Origin: Atractiella rhizophila
Taxonomy: Eukaryota
Length of the DNA: 64,000 nucleotides
Direction of reading: 5' to 3'
Assembly (NCBI GenBank): GCA_021432655.1
Contig: MU271183.1
Span: 1 to 64,000, forward strand
How positions within the stretch are numbered: the first letter of the stretch is position 1; every line of letters begins with the position of its first letter. Shown piece after piece: positions 48,918 to 62,479 of this stretch. Both the position numbers and the translations under genes were made by a program. The notes under the pieces were generated by a model. The model ran no database searches and was not told the origin of the DNA. It saw nothing but the letters and a program-made list of their open reading frames with translations.

Positions 48918-51705
48918 ATGGTGTCAGTCAAAGACCTCCATCAGCTGATTCAAACATGCCCCATAGTCGACCATCACTGCCATCCTCTCCTTTCCCGTAC
49001 CTCTCAACTTGGAGAAGAGCTTCGTACAGAACTATTGAAGATCACGTCTGAAGCCTCTGGCTCGTCCTTGCTCGATTCCAAACATACCTTGGCACATCAC
49101 CGTTCCGTCGCCATCTTATCGTCCATTTTGGGATGTGAACATAGCTGGGAAGCAGTCTCAGCGGAGTTGGTGAAGAAGAGAGGTGACGAGAAAGTGTGGC
49201 ACACCTGGAATGCGAGGTGTTTTGAAGGCATCGAGACGCTACTTTTAGACGATGGACTTGGGGTCGGTGACGCTCAAGAAGAGCAGAAAATATTATCGTA
49301 CTCGTCGCACGATCGTTACGTTAAAAGGTCATGCAAGCGAATCGTGAGGGTGGAGATTGTGGCTGAGACTCTCTTGAAGAATGGGATGGGAGCAAGTCAT
49401 TTTGTGGATGAGTTTCGCGAAGAGATGAAGAGATATATCGCAGATGAAGAGGTGATGGGATTCAAAAGCATTGCCTGTTATCGGTAACATCTCCACTCTG
49501 GTATACTCTACTTGTACTCACTGTGTTGGACAGAACAGGTTTGAACGTCACACCTATGGAACCTCAGGACACGGCCACTCGTATTTCCACGCTGCAGAAC
49601 GTTGTCTCTAGCCTTCAAGCATCCTACAAATCCACGGGCGTCCTTCGTCTCGATGGCGAGCAAAACAAGCCACTGATTGATGCCCTACTCAACTTCCTCT
49701 GCCAGCTCCTCACTGTCGAAAAATCCTCCAAACCCATTCAATTCCACACGGGTCTCGGGGATACAGATCTCACACTTACACTCGCCTCTCCCGCCCATCT
49801 GCAGCCCCTCATTCGCAACTATCCTAGCGTCAATTTCGTGCTTCTCCATTCAGGATGGCCATTTCACAGAGAAGCGGCGTATTTGACAATGTACAAGAAC
49901 GTTGCGTTGGATGTGGGAGAAATTTTTCCCTTTCTTAGCAAAGGCGGACAGAAAGCGGTTCTGAAGGAAGTCCTGGAGCTTGCGAGCTGGGCGCAGGGAA
50001 AGTTGATGTGGAGCACAGATGGGCATTGGTTCCCAGAAACGTATTTAGTGGCTGTAGTCGAGATGAGGGAAGTATTGGAGGAGGTACTGCTTCAGATGAT
50101 CGGAACTGGCGACGGCTTGAAGGTCCAAGACGCTTTGGGATTGGTCAAAGGTTTGCTGTTTGAGAACGCAAACAAGTTGTATCGACTGGGATATGAGTTC
50201 GAATCCTCTCCCTTTGTTACGAGCCCGGGCGAGCATTCTACCACCCAGAAGCTCAAAGGTACGGAGAAGATTATCTTCGAACGATTCATAACTTTCCATC
50301 CCAACATCAAATACATCCGACTCCAATGGCTCGATTACACCTCTACTTTGCGCTGTCGCGTTCTCCCCATAGCTCGAGTCCGCTCCATCCTTTCACGGGC
50401 TCAACCAAATGATCCTTTCCCAATGGGCGACTCGATACGAATCATCAAATCCCTCTTCGGACTAACGCAGAACGATCATATGGCTGCTGGTCACTGGTTC
50501 ACCCCCACACTGGAGGTTGCTTTTGTCCCCTATTGGGATACTCTCAATTCGTGCGAACCCTGGTTGGAGCACGCCACAGTGATGGGCGGCTTCGTAGATG
50601 TCGAGCAGATTACAGGAGAAATTCTAGGAGAGGTTCAAGGAGATCCCATGACCTTGCTTCTCAGGGCGGAAGCTGAACTGGAGAGGATGGGACTTGAGAT
50701 GGCTTTCGGAGCTGAGATTGAAGTTGTCTTCTTAGATGCAGAGACCAGGGAACCTTTGAAAGGCACCTATGCTTACGGAACCTCTCGTGGTACATCTGGG
50801 AAGGGGCTGCAGATATGTGAAGAGGTATTTAGTGCGTTAGAAGAGAACACGGATATCGACGTGGCTCATTTCCATAAGGAATCAGCACCGGGACAGTTCG
50901 AGATCGTCCTGAACCATACTTACTCTCTACGGAAGGCTTTTGCGGACCTCGTTCACACCAAGGAGACAATTTTCCACATTGCTCAGCGGAAAGGCGTGCT
51001 TGCGACTTGGCATCCAAAGCCCTTCTCCATGACAGCAGGGACAGGTGCTCACTTGCACATGAGCTGTCGAACATCTTCCCTCAAGCAGAACAGTCTTTCA
51101 AAGGACCAAATCGAAGAACACTTTATTGCTGGGATTCTAGACCATATTCCCGCCTTATTGTCCTTTACGCTTCCCCATCCTATGTCCTGGGCTCGTGTTT
51201 CACCGGATTTCAGCGCATGGAGTGGTTCTGCTGGTGGGTACGTTAGTTGGGGAGTAAATAACAAGGAGACATCGATCCGAAAGTGCAGTGGTGAATGTCA
51301 TTACGAGTTCCGACTTCTCGACGGAATGGCCCACCCTGGACTGGCTATTGCAGGTATTGTTTGGAGCGCTATTGATGGGTTGAAGAGTCGGAGAAGGTTG
51401 CTGATCAAGGCATGTGAAGGCAAGCAGTATTGCTTTTATCAATCTGAACGACACTGACCCGACCGGCAACAGCTGATCCAGCCACTTTTACACCAGAGCA
51501 GATAAAAGAGCACAATTTGACCGTGAAGATTCCTACATCAGTCGAAGAAGCGTTAGAGAGGTTACAAGCTGACGTAGAGCTTATTAAAACGATGGATGGA
51601 CAGGCGATAGTAGAAGACTTTGTGGCACTGAAGAGGCATGAATTGAAATATTGGTCCACAATGAACGAAGCTGAGCAATCGGCATGGATCTTTGGCAAGT
51701 ATTAG
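48918..51705 (+). CDS. fluG: FluG-like amidohydrolase + glutamine-synthetase-like fusion protein; 3 exons
   Basis: IVDHHCHP, GFKSIACYR-TGL, QFHTGLGDTD, STDGHWFPETY; GS part YIRLQWLDY, GAEIE, HKESAPGQFE, GTGAHLH, YEFR. Confidence 0.9.
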
Positions 51706-51866
51706 ACGGGTGCTTGAAATTTCACACAAATAGAAGTGCAATTTAACCTTGTGTCATTAGAGACATCATGAGTTTTGACATCTATCCATCAACCACTACA
51801 CAGAATAAAGCCGATTCCAAACCGCAAACAAACAAAATGACTGTGAGAAATCTCATCCACGGTGAT

Positions 51867-53937
51867 TCAAAAAAATGGACTGTCTCCATTTCCTGCCGCT
51901 TTTACACCGTTGTCCTGAGCAGCAGCTGCAGCTTCAATCTGCTTGGCACTCCGCTTCTGCTTGTTCTTCACCGCATCATCGAGAATCTACCACCGCAGGA
52001 ACAACCCTCAGAACACTCCTATCGGAATTGAAACTAACGAACCTTTCCCATCGCATCCGGATCTTCGATCGGAAGTCTCGTCATTGCGCGATCAGTACCT
52101 GCAATTCCCAGTTCCTTCTCAATTGTCTCGATATCCCGCCTAGACTTCGCATTGTGAACGAAGTTTACGCTCACTCCTTCTCGCCCAAAACGACCCGTTC
52201 GTCCTATGCGATGGAGGTACGTCTCGGTATCTATGCGGCCCTTCAACTCGGGGAGATCGTAGTTGATCACCAACTGTTCTCATCACAGTCCAAATCAGTA
52301 GAGTACCGAACAATCAGAGTAAGACGCACGGAGACTCGAAGAACGTCTATTCCTCGAGCGATGACATTGGTCGTTATCAGAACCTTGGTTTTTCCAGACC
52401 TGAAGTCATTCATAACTTGGTCACGCTCTTTTCCCTCTTGCTTCCCGTGAAGCGAAGACACCATATGCCCTTCAGCAATCATTCGACGAGCAATCTCGTC
52501 CGCCTCTTCTCTTCTCTGCCTAGGGTTCAGACGATGCTGTTATAACATAGAACAGAGAGCGAACCTGCACAAAGATGATGCTTTGTCCGATCGTGAGGAC
52601 ATGATAGATCGATGTCAGGACGTCATATTTATTTCCCGCATTTTCGCACTCTACGACAAAACCCTTCAAGTTAACCCCCCCCCAAACCAAAAATAAAAAA
52701 AATAAAAAAACAAAGGAAAAATGGTTGAAGCCCACCAAAATCAACCCCCCCTTCCTTAAATTGAACCCCGTTGCAATCCGCGCAAAATTGGTGGCAAAAA
52801 ACCCAAACGGAACCGAAAAAGGGGCAACGAAAAAGAACGGCCGAAAAAGAAGAAGGAACGTCCTGAACGCCCCGGGAACCCTGAACCCAAAAAATGCTGG
52901 GGGATAACAGGCTAGGAAACACACTTTTTAATCTGAACTGTTTGCTCGCTCAGAGATCCTTGAGCCGCAATCAGATTGTCCGCCTCGTCCAAAACAAGGA
53001 CCTTGACGTGTCTAGGGTCGATCAAACGGAGTTTTTGAAGCATCTAAAGAGCAATTTAGGTCAACGACGGCTTTGGCCAATAATTGAGAAAATGTACATC
53101 AGCAATAGTGCCAGGGGTCCCAACGATGAGTTGAGCAGTGACTTTCTCTCGCGACCTTTTGAGGACGTACAAATCGCGTCAGCGTCCATGCTTTCTAGCA
53201 AAATGAATCAACATGTACCTAGGCTTCCCGTCCTCAGCATCCTGCTTCACAGCCAAGAAATAAGTGCAAGGTGTGAACTGTCCCATCCTCTGTGCTACGT
53301 CCAAAATCTGCCTTGCCAATTCGCGACTGGGAGCCACGCAGATGGCTTGAGGAGACTTGATGCTGTAATCGATTCGGGAAAGCATGGTGAGCACGAAGGC
53401 GGCTGTCTTGCCTGTTCCACTCTGCGATTGGCCGATCATATTCTTTGGTCTACAAATCAAATCGTCACGACAATATTGGTTTAATGGAACGACGCACGGA
53501 TTTGAGAGCAGCAAAGGGAGAGCTTTTTCTTGGATCTTAGATGGTTTATAGAAATTCATTCGCGTCAATCCCTGTATCAGTTCCGGGCTCCTACATCACA
53601 GATAAATTAATACATAAAGAAAATAGGGAAAGAAGAGGAACGGACAGATTGAGCTCCTCGAAAGTCTTCACACTGTATAAAGGGGATGTAGGATCTGCTT
53701 GTTTATCCGCCAGCAACACTTCCACCTCCGCCTCGACGTTTAGGAGTTCTGTCTCTGCAGAAATACTTGCGATGAGCATCCACTAGCGAATGAAGAATAT
53801 AAGCGTACCTTTACTGCCCTCCTCAGCCATGAGATCGTTCATTTTATTTGTGACTGCATCTATTGCTGTTCCCGCCACAACAGCATTCAGTTTAGCTATC
53901 GCAAACGCTTGAAACTGGAGAACTCACGTTCAGACAT
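51867..53937 (-). CDS. DBP5: DEAD-box RNA helicase Dbp5/DDX19, multi-exon; about 52660-52930 is corrupted
   Basis: [76 protein letters not shown]. Confidence 0.95.
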
Positions 53938-55103
53938 GGCGAAGAATGACTAACACTACCGTATACACTTTAAGAGCTCAAAAACGTAAGTATGCAAGAG
54001 AAACAGGCTGCTGCAAAGAACTGATTCGCCGTCACGGGTTTTGATTGGGGGATGCAACCCCTCAGGGACTCAATCGAGAACCCAATCACGGTTTCGTTTC
54101 ATATCACGACTCTGCAGATTCCTCTTCTCTTCTCTCCGTATTCGCTCAGCTTAATTCCAAGTCAATCTTTTATGCACCACCTCCACTAAGCCCACACAAT
54201 CTCTTTTCAGCCGACAATCCCAGGACAATAGTTGAGAAAGTATATTCTGGTTGGACTACTTTCGTCGCGTGAGTTTCTCTTCTGTGATGAGTGTGAAGGG
54301 TTGCATTATTATCCCACCGTTTATCAGAGGAAGATGAGGCCTCGAAGACGTTTGGGTTTCTGCGGGGGAGTCATGCACACAATCTCTAACAGAGTCCCGA
54401 CTTACCACATGGTTCCACTTTTGGCAGTCCATGTGAGGCACACCACACTCACTTCCTGTTCCTGAGTATTATGCTACCCTTATCAGCAGAAATGGTTTTT
54501 CTTAGACATTGCTTGAGTCGGCGACAGCTTGACATATAGCTGCACTTCCCAATTTCGTTACTGTCCTTGGACAATAGGCTTGTAGCCAGTTCAGAGGTTG
54601 AATGCAAGGTAGAGGGCAGGCATTCTGACTCGCTCCCACTTCTTTGAGCGTTTCCTTTTTCTGTGCGTCCTCGAAGCAGTACTCGTGCTGAGAGGTAACG
54701 ATCATTTGATTCCGACCTAGTGGTACTATTTCTATCATGGAGACTTACGACCGCCATTACGCGCGCGAGAATCTTCTCTTCACGCCATTTTTTGCCCTGT
54801 ACACATTCACAGATGGGAGGATGAAGCAAGTGACGTAGCTTTCATCCTGCGGCATTTATCTGGTACCGTCAGATGCTTCGAAACCTCTCAGAATTGGTCG
54901 GCTACCGGCTACCCCTGTTGGAAGTTTCCTTTGATGGCCTGAGCGTTAGAGGAATGGGCTCGTAGGCATCTTACTGTGTTAAGAAGTGGCACAATGTGCC
55001 ATGACATCCAATTATAACGCTGTCCAATTCCATCCGTCTCTCCCACTTTGAAGCCAAAGCCTCGAGTCTAACACTTTCTTCCTCCCAGACTTAGCAAGTC
55101 AAC

Positions 55104-57203
55104 ATGTCATACGAAGGTCCTGCCGCCCCCATCCCCGAGTCACAAGGTGGCCGTCAAGCCGTGGCCTCAGGATATCAATCCGCAAGGGAGCGTTCGCGCT
55201 CTCGCTCGAACTCCTTACGCTTTGAGGCACCACCTCAACCACCGAGCGAACCGTTGCCTCCTGTCCCCACTGCTTCGAGGGCAGCACAACAATCGAAACC
55301 GCGTGGTCCGCCTCCCGCTCTTTCCCTCTCCCAGCGATCCCCAAGCTCCAGGCAGTTGACGGATCCTCCCCTCTCACCTTCTGTTTCCGTCAAAATGGGG
55401 ATGGGAGCCACCCTCTCCCCTCATACAGCTAGCTTCCCTCGATCGCCCTCTCCACTATCTCCCAATGCTGCGAAGGGTCGTCAGCCACTGTCACCCATTC
55501 AAGTTCCGTCTTACGCTCAGGCGATGAACGATCCTCTATGTTCACCCATAGGTTCCGAGTCCAGATACCCTGCGCCTCCTTCCCCTTCTTATCAAGCGAG
55601 GAAGAACGCCCTCCATTCTCCCAGCATGGAAACACTCGTCGGCTCTGCAAGCGGACATGGTCATGGATTTGGAACTGCGAAGAAGGGCGATGGGTTCGAT
55701 ATCTTTGGTGGCATCCCAGTTAGCTACGAGCCGAAGCGTGCCCCGACGACGAGATGGAGCATGGATAGGTTCGTTTCCTTCTTGGCTACTTGTGTTAGGG
55801 TAAATAAGCTGATTCCACCCCCATTCGGATGATACTGTAGCGCGGATGAAAAGTCTTCCGCTAAGACGGGGAACACCAAGAACCTACTCGGACAACAGGT
55901 GCAGACTTCGTGCGTCTTTTCTCCATATCCTTCCCAACATGCATGGCACTGACGGACCTCACTGCACGATGCAGCTCCTGGCTAAGCCAACAACGAAGTG
56001 GGAACAAGAAGCTCAAGATTTTCGTCTGGTTTCTCGCCATAGCCATCATCCTTGGAGCAGTAGCGGCTGTCGTCGTCCATTATTACAAGCCTCCAAACGA
56101 GAAAGTGACTACGAAAACCTCCGCTGGTTTGACCACAGTCAATTCTACCGGGTCCTCGACGGACGAAGCTCCAGACCCGTCCAACACCCAAGCGTCCTAT
56201 GCTGGGTTCGGAGGCGGCGGTTCCCCCGATGGTGGATCGAAACGAAGGAGGGGATTACACAGCGATCCCCAAGCTCCAGGCAGTTGACGGATCCTCCCCT
56301 CTCACCTTCTGTTTCCGTCAAAATGGGGATGGGAGCCACCCTCTCCCCTCATACAGCTAGCTTCCCTCGATCGCCCTCTCCACTATCTCCCAATGCTGCG
56401 AAGGGTCGTCAGCCACTGTCACCCATTCAAGTTCCGTCTTACGCTCAGGCGATGAACGATCCTCTATGTTCACCCATAGGTTCCGAGTCCAGATACCCTG
56501 CGCCTCCTTCCCCGTCTTATCAAGCGAGGAAGAACGCCCTCCATTCTCCCAGCATGGAAACACTCGTCGGCTCCGCAAGTGGACATGGTCAGGGATTTGG
56601 AACTGCGAAGAAGAGTGATGGCTTCGATATCTTTGGTGGCATCCCAGTTAGCTATGAGCCGAAGCGTGCTCCGACGACGAGATGGAGCATGGATAGGTTC
56701 GTTTCCTTCTTGACTATTGTGTTAGGGTAAATACGCTGATGCCACGCATTCGGATGATAATGTAGCGCGGATGAAAAGTCTTCCGCTAAGACGGGGAACA
56801 CCAAGAACCTACTCGGACAACAGGTGCAGACTTCGTGCGTCATTTCTCCATATCCTTCCCAACGTGCATGGCACTGATGGACCTCACTGCACGATGCAGC
56901 TCCTGGCTAAGCCAACAACGAAGTGGAAACAAGAAGCTCAAGATTTTCGTCTGGTTTCTCGCCATAGCCATCATCCTTGGAGCAGTAGCGGCTGTCGTCG
57001 TCCATTATTACAAGCCTCCAAACGAGAAAGTGACTACGAAAACCTCCGCTGGGTTGACCACAGTCAATTCTACCGGGTCCTCGACGGACGAAGCTCCAGA
57101 CCCGTCCAACACCCAAGCGTCCTATGCTGGGTTCGGAGGCGGCGGTTCTCCTGATGGTGGATCGAAACGAAGGAGGGGATTACATGTCGTGATGAAACAT
57201 TAA
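55104..57203 (+). CDS. Hypothetical single-pass membrane protein (S/P-rich N-terminus); model split by the tandem duplication
   Basis: 242-aa first-exon ORF plus two introns; TM segment IFVWFLAIAIILGAVAAVVV; true stop only in the second copy (57203). Confidence 0.7.
55332..57184. repeat. Tandem duplication, 2 x ~0.93 kb (55332-56259 / 56260-57184)
   Basis: Direct alignment; differences concentrate in introns and silent sites. Confidence 0.95.
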
Positions 57204-57951
57204 CAGTCGGCTAGCAGATGCAAAGTAGGGGTGGTGATGAGGTTGCGTTGAGACGCACTCTGCCGTTTGGTCTTGGTTTGTACACCATGTTCTTTTCTCT
57301 CCCTATGATTCAATTGTTTCTTATTTTGCTCCTTCTTTTTCGATTCCCGAGTCGAAGACTCACTTCCTGTTCGTTCAGCCCACCTCACTTATTTATCCTT
57401 CAACCTTCCCATTTAATCAGTCATCTACTCAATTCTTCGTCGTAAACGCGTTGACTGCTTGTTTTATCCTTTTACAAATTGCTGAAGTTTTACATTGAGG
57501 ACTGAATAGGTTGGAGAACAGAAGTAGTGCGAGGAAACAGAATGATAGTCTGAGTTCAAATATTGCTAGGGTTTGAGTTGTCCTTCGCTGCGAAACTATC
57601 TTAAAGCCTACATCGTAGAATTTGCGATGTTTCAAGTACACAAAAGATGAATGCACAATTCACTTGCATGAACTGGCAACGCAGATAAATCGATGGCCTC
57701 GCTAGTGACTCGGACTGAAGCCTGAGTGAAGCTTATTTTAAAAGCTGAATAATATCGTGGAAACAGTCGTCTGGATCTAGGTCTAAAGCTCATGAATTTG
57801 CATGAGGTCGCGAAACTTGGAATTCTTGCAGAGGACAATGAAACTCGTGGGGCGAACGGTTACAGGGCTGGATGTTGACGCAATTCATTCTACACCAACT
57901 TGAAGAGACAATGAGGAGTCCAGCGGGCCACAAAGGACGTTTGCCCATTCT

Positions 57952-58896
57952 TCACAACCCTTGTGTCCTTCCAAAAGTACACCCGTTACTGGTTTTTCGG
58001 CTTATCTTTCTCCGCCAAAACCTTTTTCACGGGAGGGATTTCCAACATTTTCTTGTGCCATGCAAAGACCCTAGGATACTTCTCAGGGTCATCAATCGCT
58101 TTCATCAGGAAAGCCTGCAAGCGAGCAGCGTAATCAGCCGTTGACCATTCGACAGAAAAAAAAGCGAACTATTTCGTTCCAAGTGATGAACGCAAGATCA
58201 GCGACAGTGCACTTCGATCCACCAAGCCATTCCCTCTTCGACAAAATGTCCTCAAGCACGCTCCACACCCGGTTGATCTCGTTTTTGTAGCGCTCGTGAA
58301 CTGAATCAATCTTCTCTGGATGGTAGAATATGAACCAAGCCAATTGCCCAAAGCTGTATCATCGCAGTGTCATGAGTTTGGAAGTCTAGAGAACGAGATA
58401 ACACCTACTAAGGACCTTGTCCGCTTGCTTGGAAGAAAAGATATTGAAGTTCAATAAACTTCTCCTCAGGAGTAGCAGCAGAGAACTTCCGTTCAGTGTC
58501 GTACCTACAACCATCAGAAAGAGATGCAAAGAGCATGGCTGGCTAGCTTACTTGTCGACTAGATAGAGAATAATAGCACCAGACTCCCAAATCGTAAAGT
58601 CGTTATTCTTGTGATCTACCAGCGTGGGAACACGCCCGTTGGGATTCAGTTTCGTGTACTCCGGCCCCTTGTGCTCTCCTTCAGTTGTAGGTTAGCTCAA
58701 ACCATGTAACGAGGGGGAATATGCGAACCATTCTTAAAGTCCAAAAACTTGTGTGCATAACTGAGTCCCAAACATTCGAGGACTATTGCGACCTTCCAAG
58801 GCTAGAAACGTCATTTGATATCAGCTTTACTCACAGGGAGCTTCATAAACGTACATTTGGTCCGCCATCGTGAGAGTAGAGTGTAAAGTCAGTCAT
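57952..58896 (-). CDS. Glutathione S-transferase (Ure2p-like class), multi-exon
   Basis: [50 protein letters not shown]. Confidence 0.92.
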
Positions 58897-60767
58897 CTGG
58901 ATTGATATTATTGAAATCGGGTTTGATTTGTAGGGGAAACGAACGTACCCCCTTCTCTTTTATATCCTCCTTTCAGCAAAAGTTCGTTCGCTTACCCATC
59001 TAAGTAATAAGCCAGAGGGCCCGTGGCAATAGAAAGAGGTAGAGATGAGTGATACAAATAAGTTCAATACGCTCTCGTCCCTGTTAGAGTAGTTACAGTA
59101 TGGAATTTTACGTCCACGAACTGAGCTCTCCAAGAATGATGATTCATCTTTTTCAAACAAAGTCTTCGGCTCGCGCCTCATCAGCCGATAATGATACTGT
59201 TTCGTAGGTTAAGTTGCATTTACAACTGGCCCCTGATCATGCTGACAAATTGCTTACTGAGTATAAATAGGTGTTTCACAATCGGTTGTTACAGTACATA
59301 GCAAATCTTGCCACAACTCCACTTGAAACCACCGTAAATGTATGCATGTTATGCCGTTGTAACAAGTTGTAAGAAAGCACAAGCAAGAGAACTGCATGGT
59401 TTGAAGGTATGAATCACGGAAGGAAAGAAACTCCTTCCATGTTCGTAAGAATTTGGAGATGACATCTTGGTTTGGCTTCCGCGGGAAACCGTTACCTGCT
59501 TCATCTTGAGCTAGAACCAGATTGAGGCCTTCAGGCTGTTGGACGCTGTCCGTACTGAAAGTGACGCTCAATACTGTTTGAAATTGTTCAAATTCTGCGG
59601 CAATTTGTGAGCTCTGCTGCAAGTCGTAGAAGCTCTTGTGCCACTTCAAGTTTGTACTCACGGTTTGTAGCAACTATTTCCTTCAAGGGGTCGCAAGCCT
59701 TGCTACAAACCAAATGTCTTAATCTCGTTCCCAGAATTAGCAAGGACACGGCACAAGCGCTGTTGTGCAGCCTGATCCCACTCCTCTTCTCCTCTTCCGC
59801 TGAACGCCTGTTTGATTTGCGTTTTGATCATAGCAGAAGCAAGTGCCGAACTGAGTAGCTTTGTTATAACCCTCTGGTAATCCAAGAGGCGAGGTTGCAA
59901 TATGTAGAATTACGAGAGGAAATCAAAACTAGCAGCAACTGAACTTTCAGAATTCGAGTCCAAGGAAAAATCCCAGATTTACAGCACGAACCGTGCTGAC
60001 TGAAGTAAGCTCTGAGCAGTTATGCGGCCTTACTCTCTCAGCTCCCAGTCCCTAGTCCAACCCGACTCTCTCCCCTGCTCTCTATCCAGCCCTTTACAAT
60101 AATATTATCGAAATACGGCGGACAACTTTCTTCCCAAATAAGACTGTTTTTGTCTATCAAGCGTTGAGTTGTTGAAGGGGGATCAGTAAGAATGAAATTA
60201 AGGTTCAAGTTATTGATGCTTTCGGCGTCGCTTCCAAACTTTCAACAGCTTCAAGGACAAGACGTGCTGGATGGATGGATCTTTGCTTTTTGCTCTTTTA
60301 CGACTTTGGAGCGTCACAACTATGAGCCAGTTTGCTTCACGCGCTTGCATTAGATATTTCATCTTAGCTTATTGGTGTAGCACTCAGGTCTATGCCATAC
60401 AATGACTTAAATCGCAGTGCACTCAACCAAGAAAATTGAAGTGTGCGCTGGTGGGAAACGGTGGCATGGGCAAGGGCATTGTTCACTTTCGACAAGCCTG
60501 TCGCTCACTCTGATCAACCCTTGACACATCAAATCCTGTGGGGCGTATTTGCGGACCTCTTGTCCTCTTCCGTCCACTCTCTTTTACGAGGCCCCAAACC
60601 TTCTCTCAAATCTCCCAACAGGACTGAAGTCTGCCAAAGCTTGACGCCTGAAGGCGTGCACGTGAAGAGCCGCTGCCTGTTGCAACCGTTTCTTCGTCCA
60701 GCCTTATAAGCGCAGTCGTCCTCCCAGAACTTAACCGACTAGTTCAAACTACTCATACTACTAAACC

Positions 60768-62254
60768 ATGTTCCGCTCACTGAAAGAGAAGATGATGTCG
60801 GAGAAGGAAGAGGAGGACTACATTCAGCCACCGCCAAACGATCTTCCCAGCTACGCCGAAGCTGGTCCCTCAGGACTTCAGAACCAGAGTAACAGTGGAC
60901 CGGATCAGTTTGACGCCTCAAACAAGGACCAAATCATCAAGATCACTCTCAAATCCTGCAGGTTTCCAAATGCGGATCCTACGTTCGAACCTGGAGATGT
61001 TGTCGAAGGAACCCTGCACTTGGATCTAGATAAACCGCAGAAGATTCAGCAACTTTCGATTCACCTAAAGGGGAGGAGCAGAAGTCAGATTATCATTTAT
61101 AATGGGAATTCAACAGAAGTCAGGATCGAAAAGTGGAAAATCGTAGATGAAAAGGTGGTGTTTTGGACCGAAGAGAGCATGGGTGGAGTGGCGATGGATG
61201 GTGATAAGGTAGCTGCTGGATCGTAAGCTTTTCTTCTCCTCTGGGCCCTCAGAAGCGCACTGACGATTGGAATAGGTACACCTTTCCGTTCCGCTTCCAA
61301 CTTCCCACCAGTGGAAACTACGTACGAACGCGCGATTTGAAGCAGTTCAAGAAATCCTCCAACCTGAATCCCGAGACAAGACCGTACGAAACTCTACCTC
61401 CCTCCTTCACCGCCTGCCACGAACTAAATTACGAGAGGGTTTATTACCATCTGAAGGCTATCGCGCAACGTTCTGCCGTCAGAGCAAACCATAAAGTTAA
61501 ACTCGCCTTCCTCGTCTCTCCTCCCGCGCCACAGATTAGGAGAAGCAAGCTCTTCGCCGAAGCTTTGTCTCAAGCTATCTTTCCACCAGGGCCAGAGATG
61601 GACGCCGAAGGGTGGGTCTTCCATCGTAGCGAAATGCTAGCGAAGACAACCTTTCGAGGGACCCTCGGTCGGCTAGGGATCGAAGTGAGCCCTTTTGATA
61701 TCTGACTTCAAAGCTGACTGCGATTCTACCAGCTCGCAACGCCAAGTCCAGCCATCTATCCCATCGGAACAACTATTCCTTTCATCCTACGCATCTCCTT
61801 TCTCGACGGGAAGGACGATCGGATTGTGAAGAAGATCAACGTCGCACTCCGTCGCCGACTGCTCGTTCAAGTGCCTTACGTGAAACGAAAGTTCCACGCT
61901 GATGAATTCCATGCCACGGTGGGAAATATCATGGTCAACGATCGCAACGTCGGCGCAGATGCAATGAGTTTCCATGCGCGTGATCAAGTCAAAACGATTT
62001 TTGGACAGCTCGATCTCAATAATATGAAGGTGGTGACTCCAAGTTTTGAGACGCCGAATCTCAAGCTCAGCGTACGTTCAATCCATCGTTTTGCTCCATA
62101 ACGGACACACTGACATTTTGGTGAAAAGTGGTGGATCTTGATCGACCTTGAAGTACCTGGGATAGGGAATGATGAGAAGATCGAGGTGCCGATCGAACTT
62201 TCCCCAAATGCCACGGTTCTTAGGATACCAAAGCATTACAATGATAATGCGTAG
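60768..62254 (+). CDS. Arrestin-like (alpha-arrestin N-domain) protein; 4 exons
   Basis: PGDVVEGTLHLDL..IQQLSIHLKG, YTFPFRFQLP, LPPSF, VYYHLKA; LPSY PY-type motif. Confidence 0.75.
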
Positions 62255-62479
62255 ACACCACATTCAGTCTGTACATAAACGTAGCCAAGATAGCATCCAC
62301 GTCTGTATATAGTATTTTAATTACACTTAATGCATAGCGACTGTGAAGACCCGAACTGAAATAGTGACGCTTCAACTAATCAAGCACTCACTTCCTACAT
62401 GGTTTACAATGTGGATGAAATGGCCCGCATACACTCCAGCCTACGTCAACCGATCTACAACTAATACACATGACTGGCA

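Noticed and set aside
54282..54360. GTGATGA plus a near-complement to 25S GUAAACGGCGGGA
   Set aside because: Internal mismatch in the guide and no terminal box D
59160..59190. Minus-strand CTGATGA-GGC-GCGA-GCC-GAA resembling a hammerhead ribozyme core with stem II
   Set aside because: GAAG instead of GAAA, and no stems I/III with a UH cleavage site could be formed
59254..59900. Two minus-strand ORFs (139 and 65 aa) between the GST and arrestin genes
   Set aside because: No recognisable motif or coherent splice model; may be a relic, but this cannot be supported
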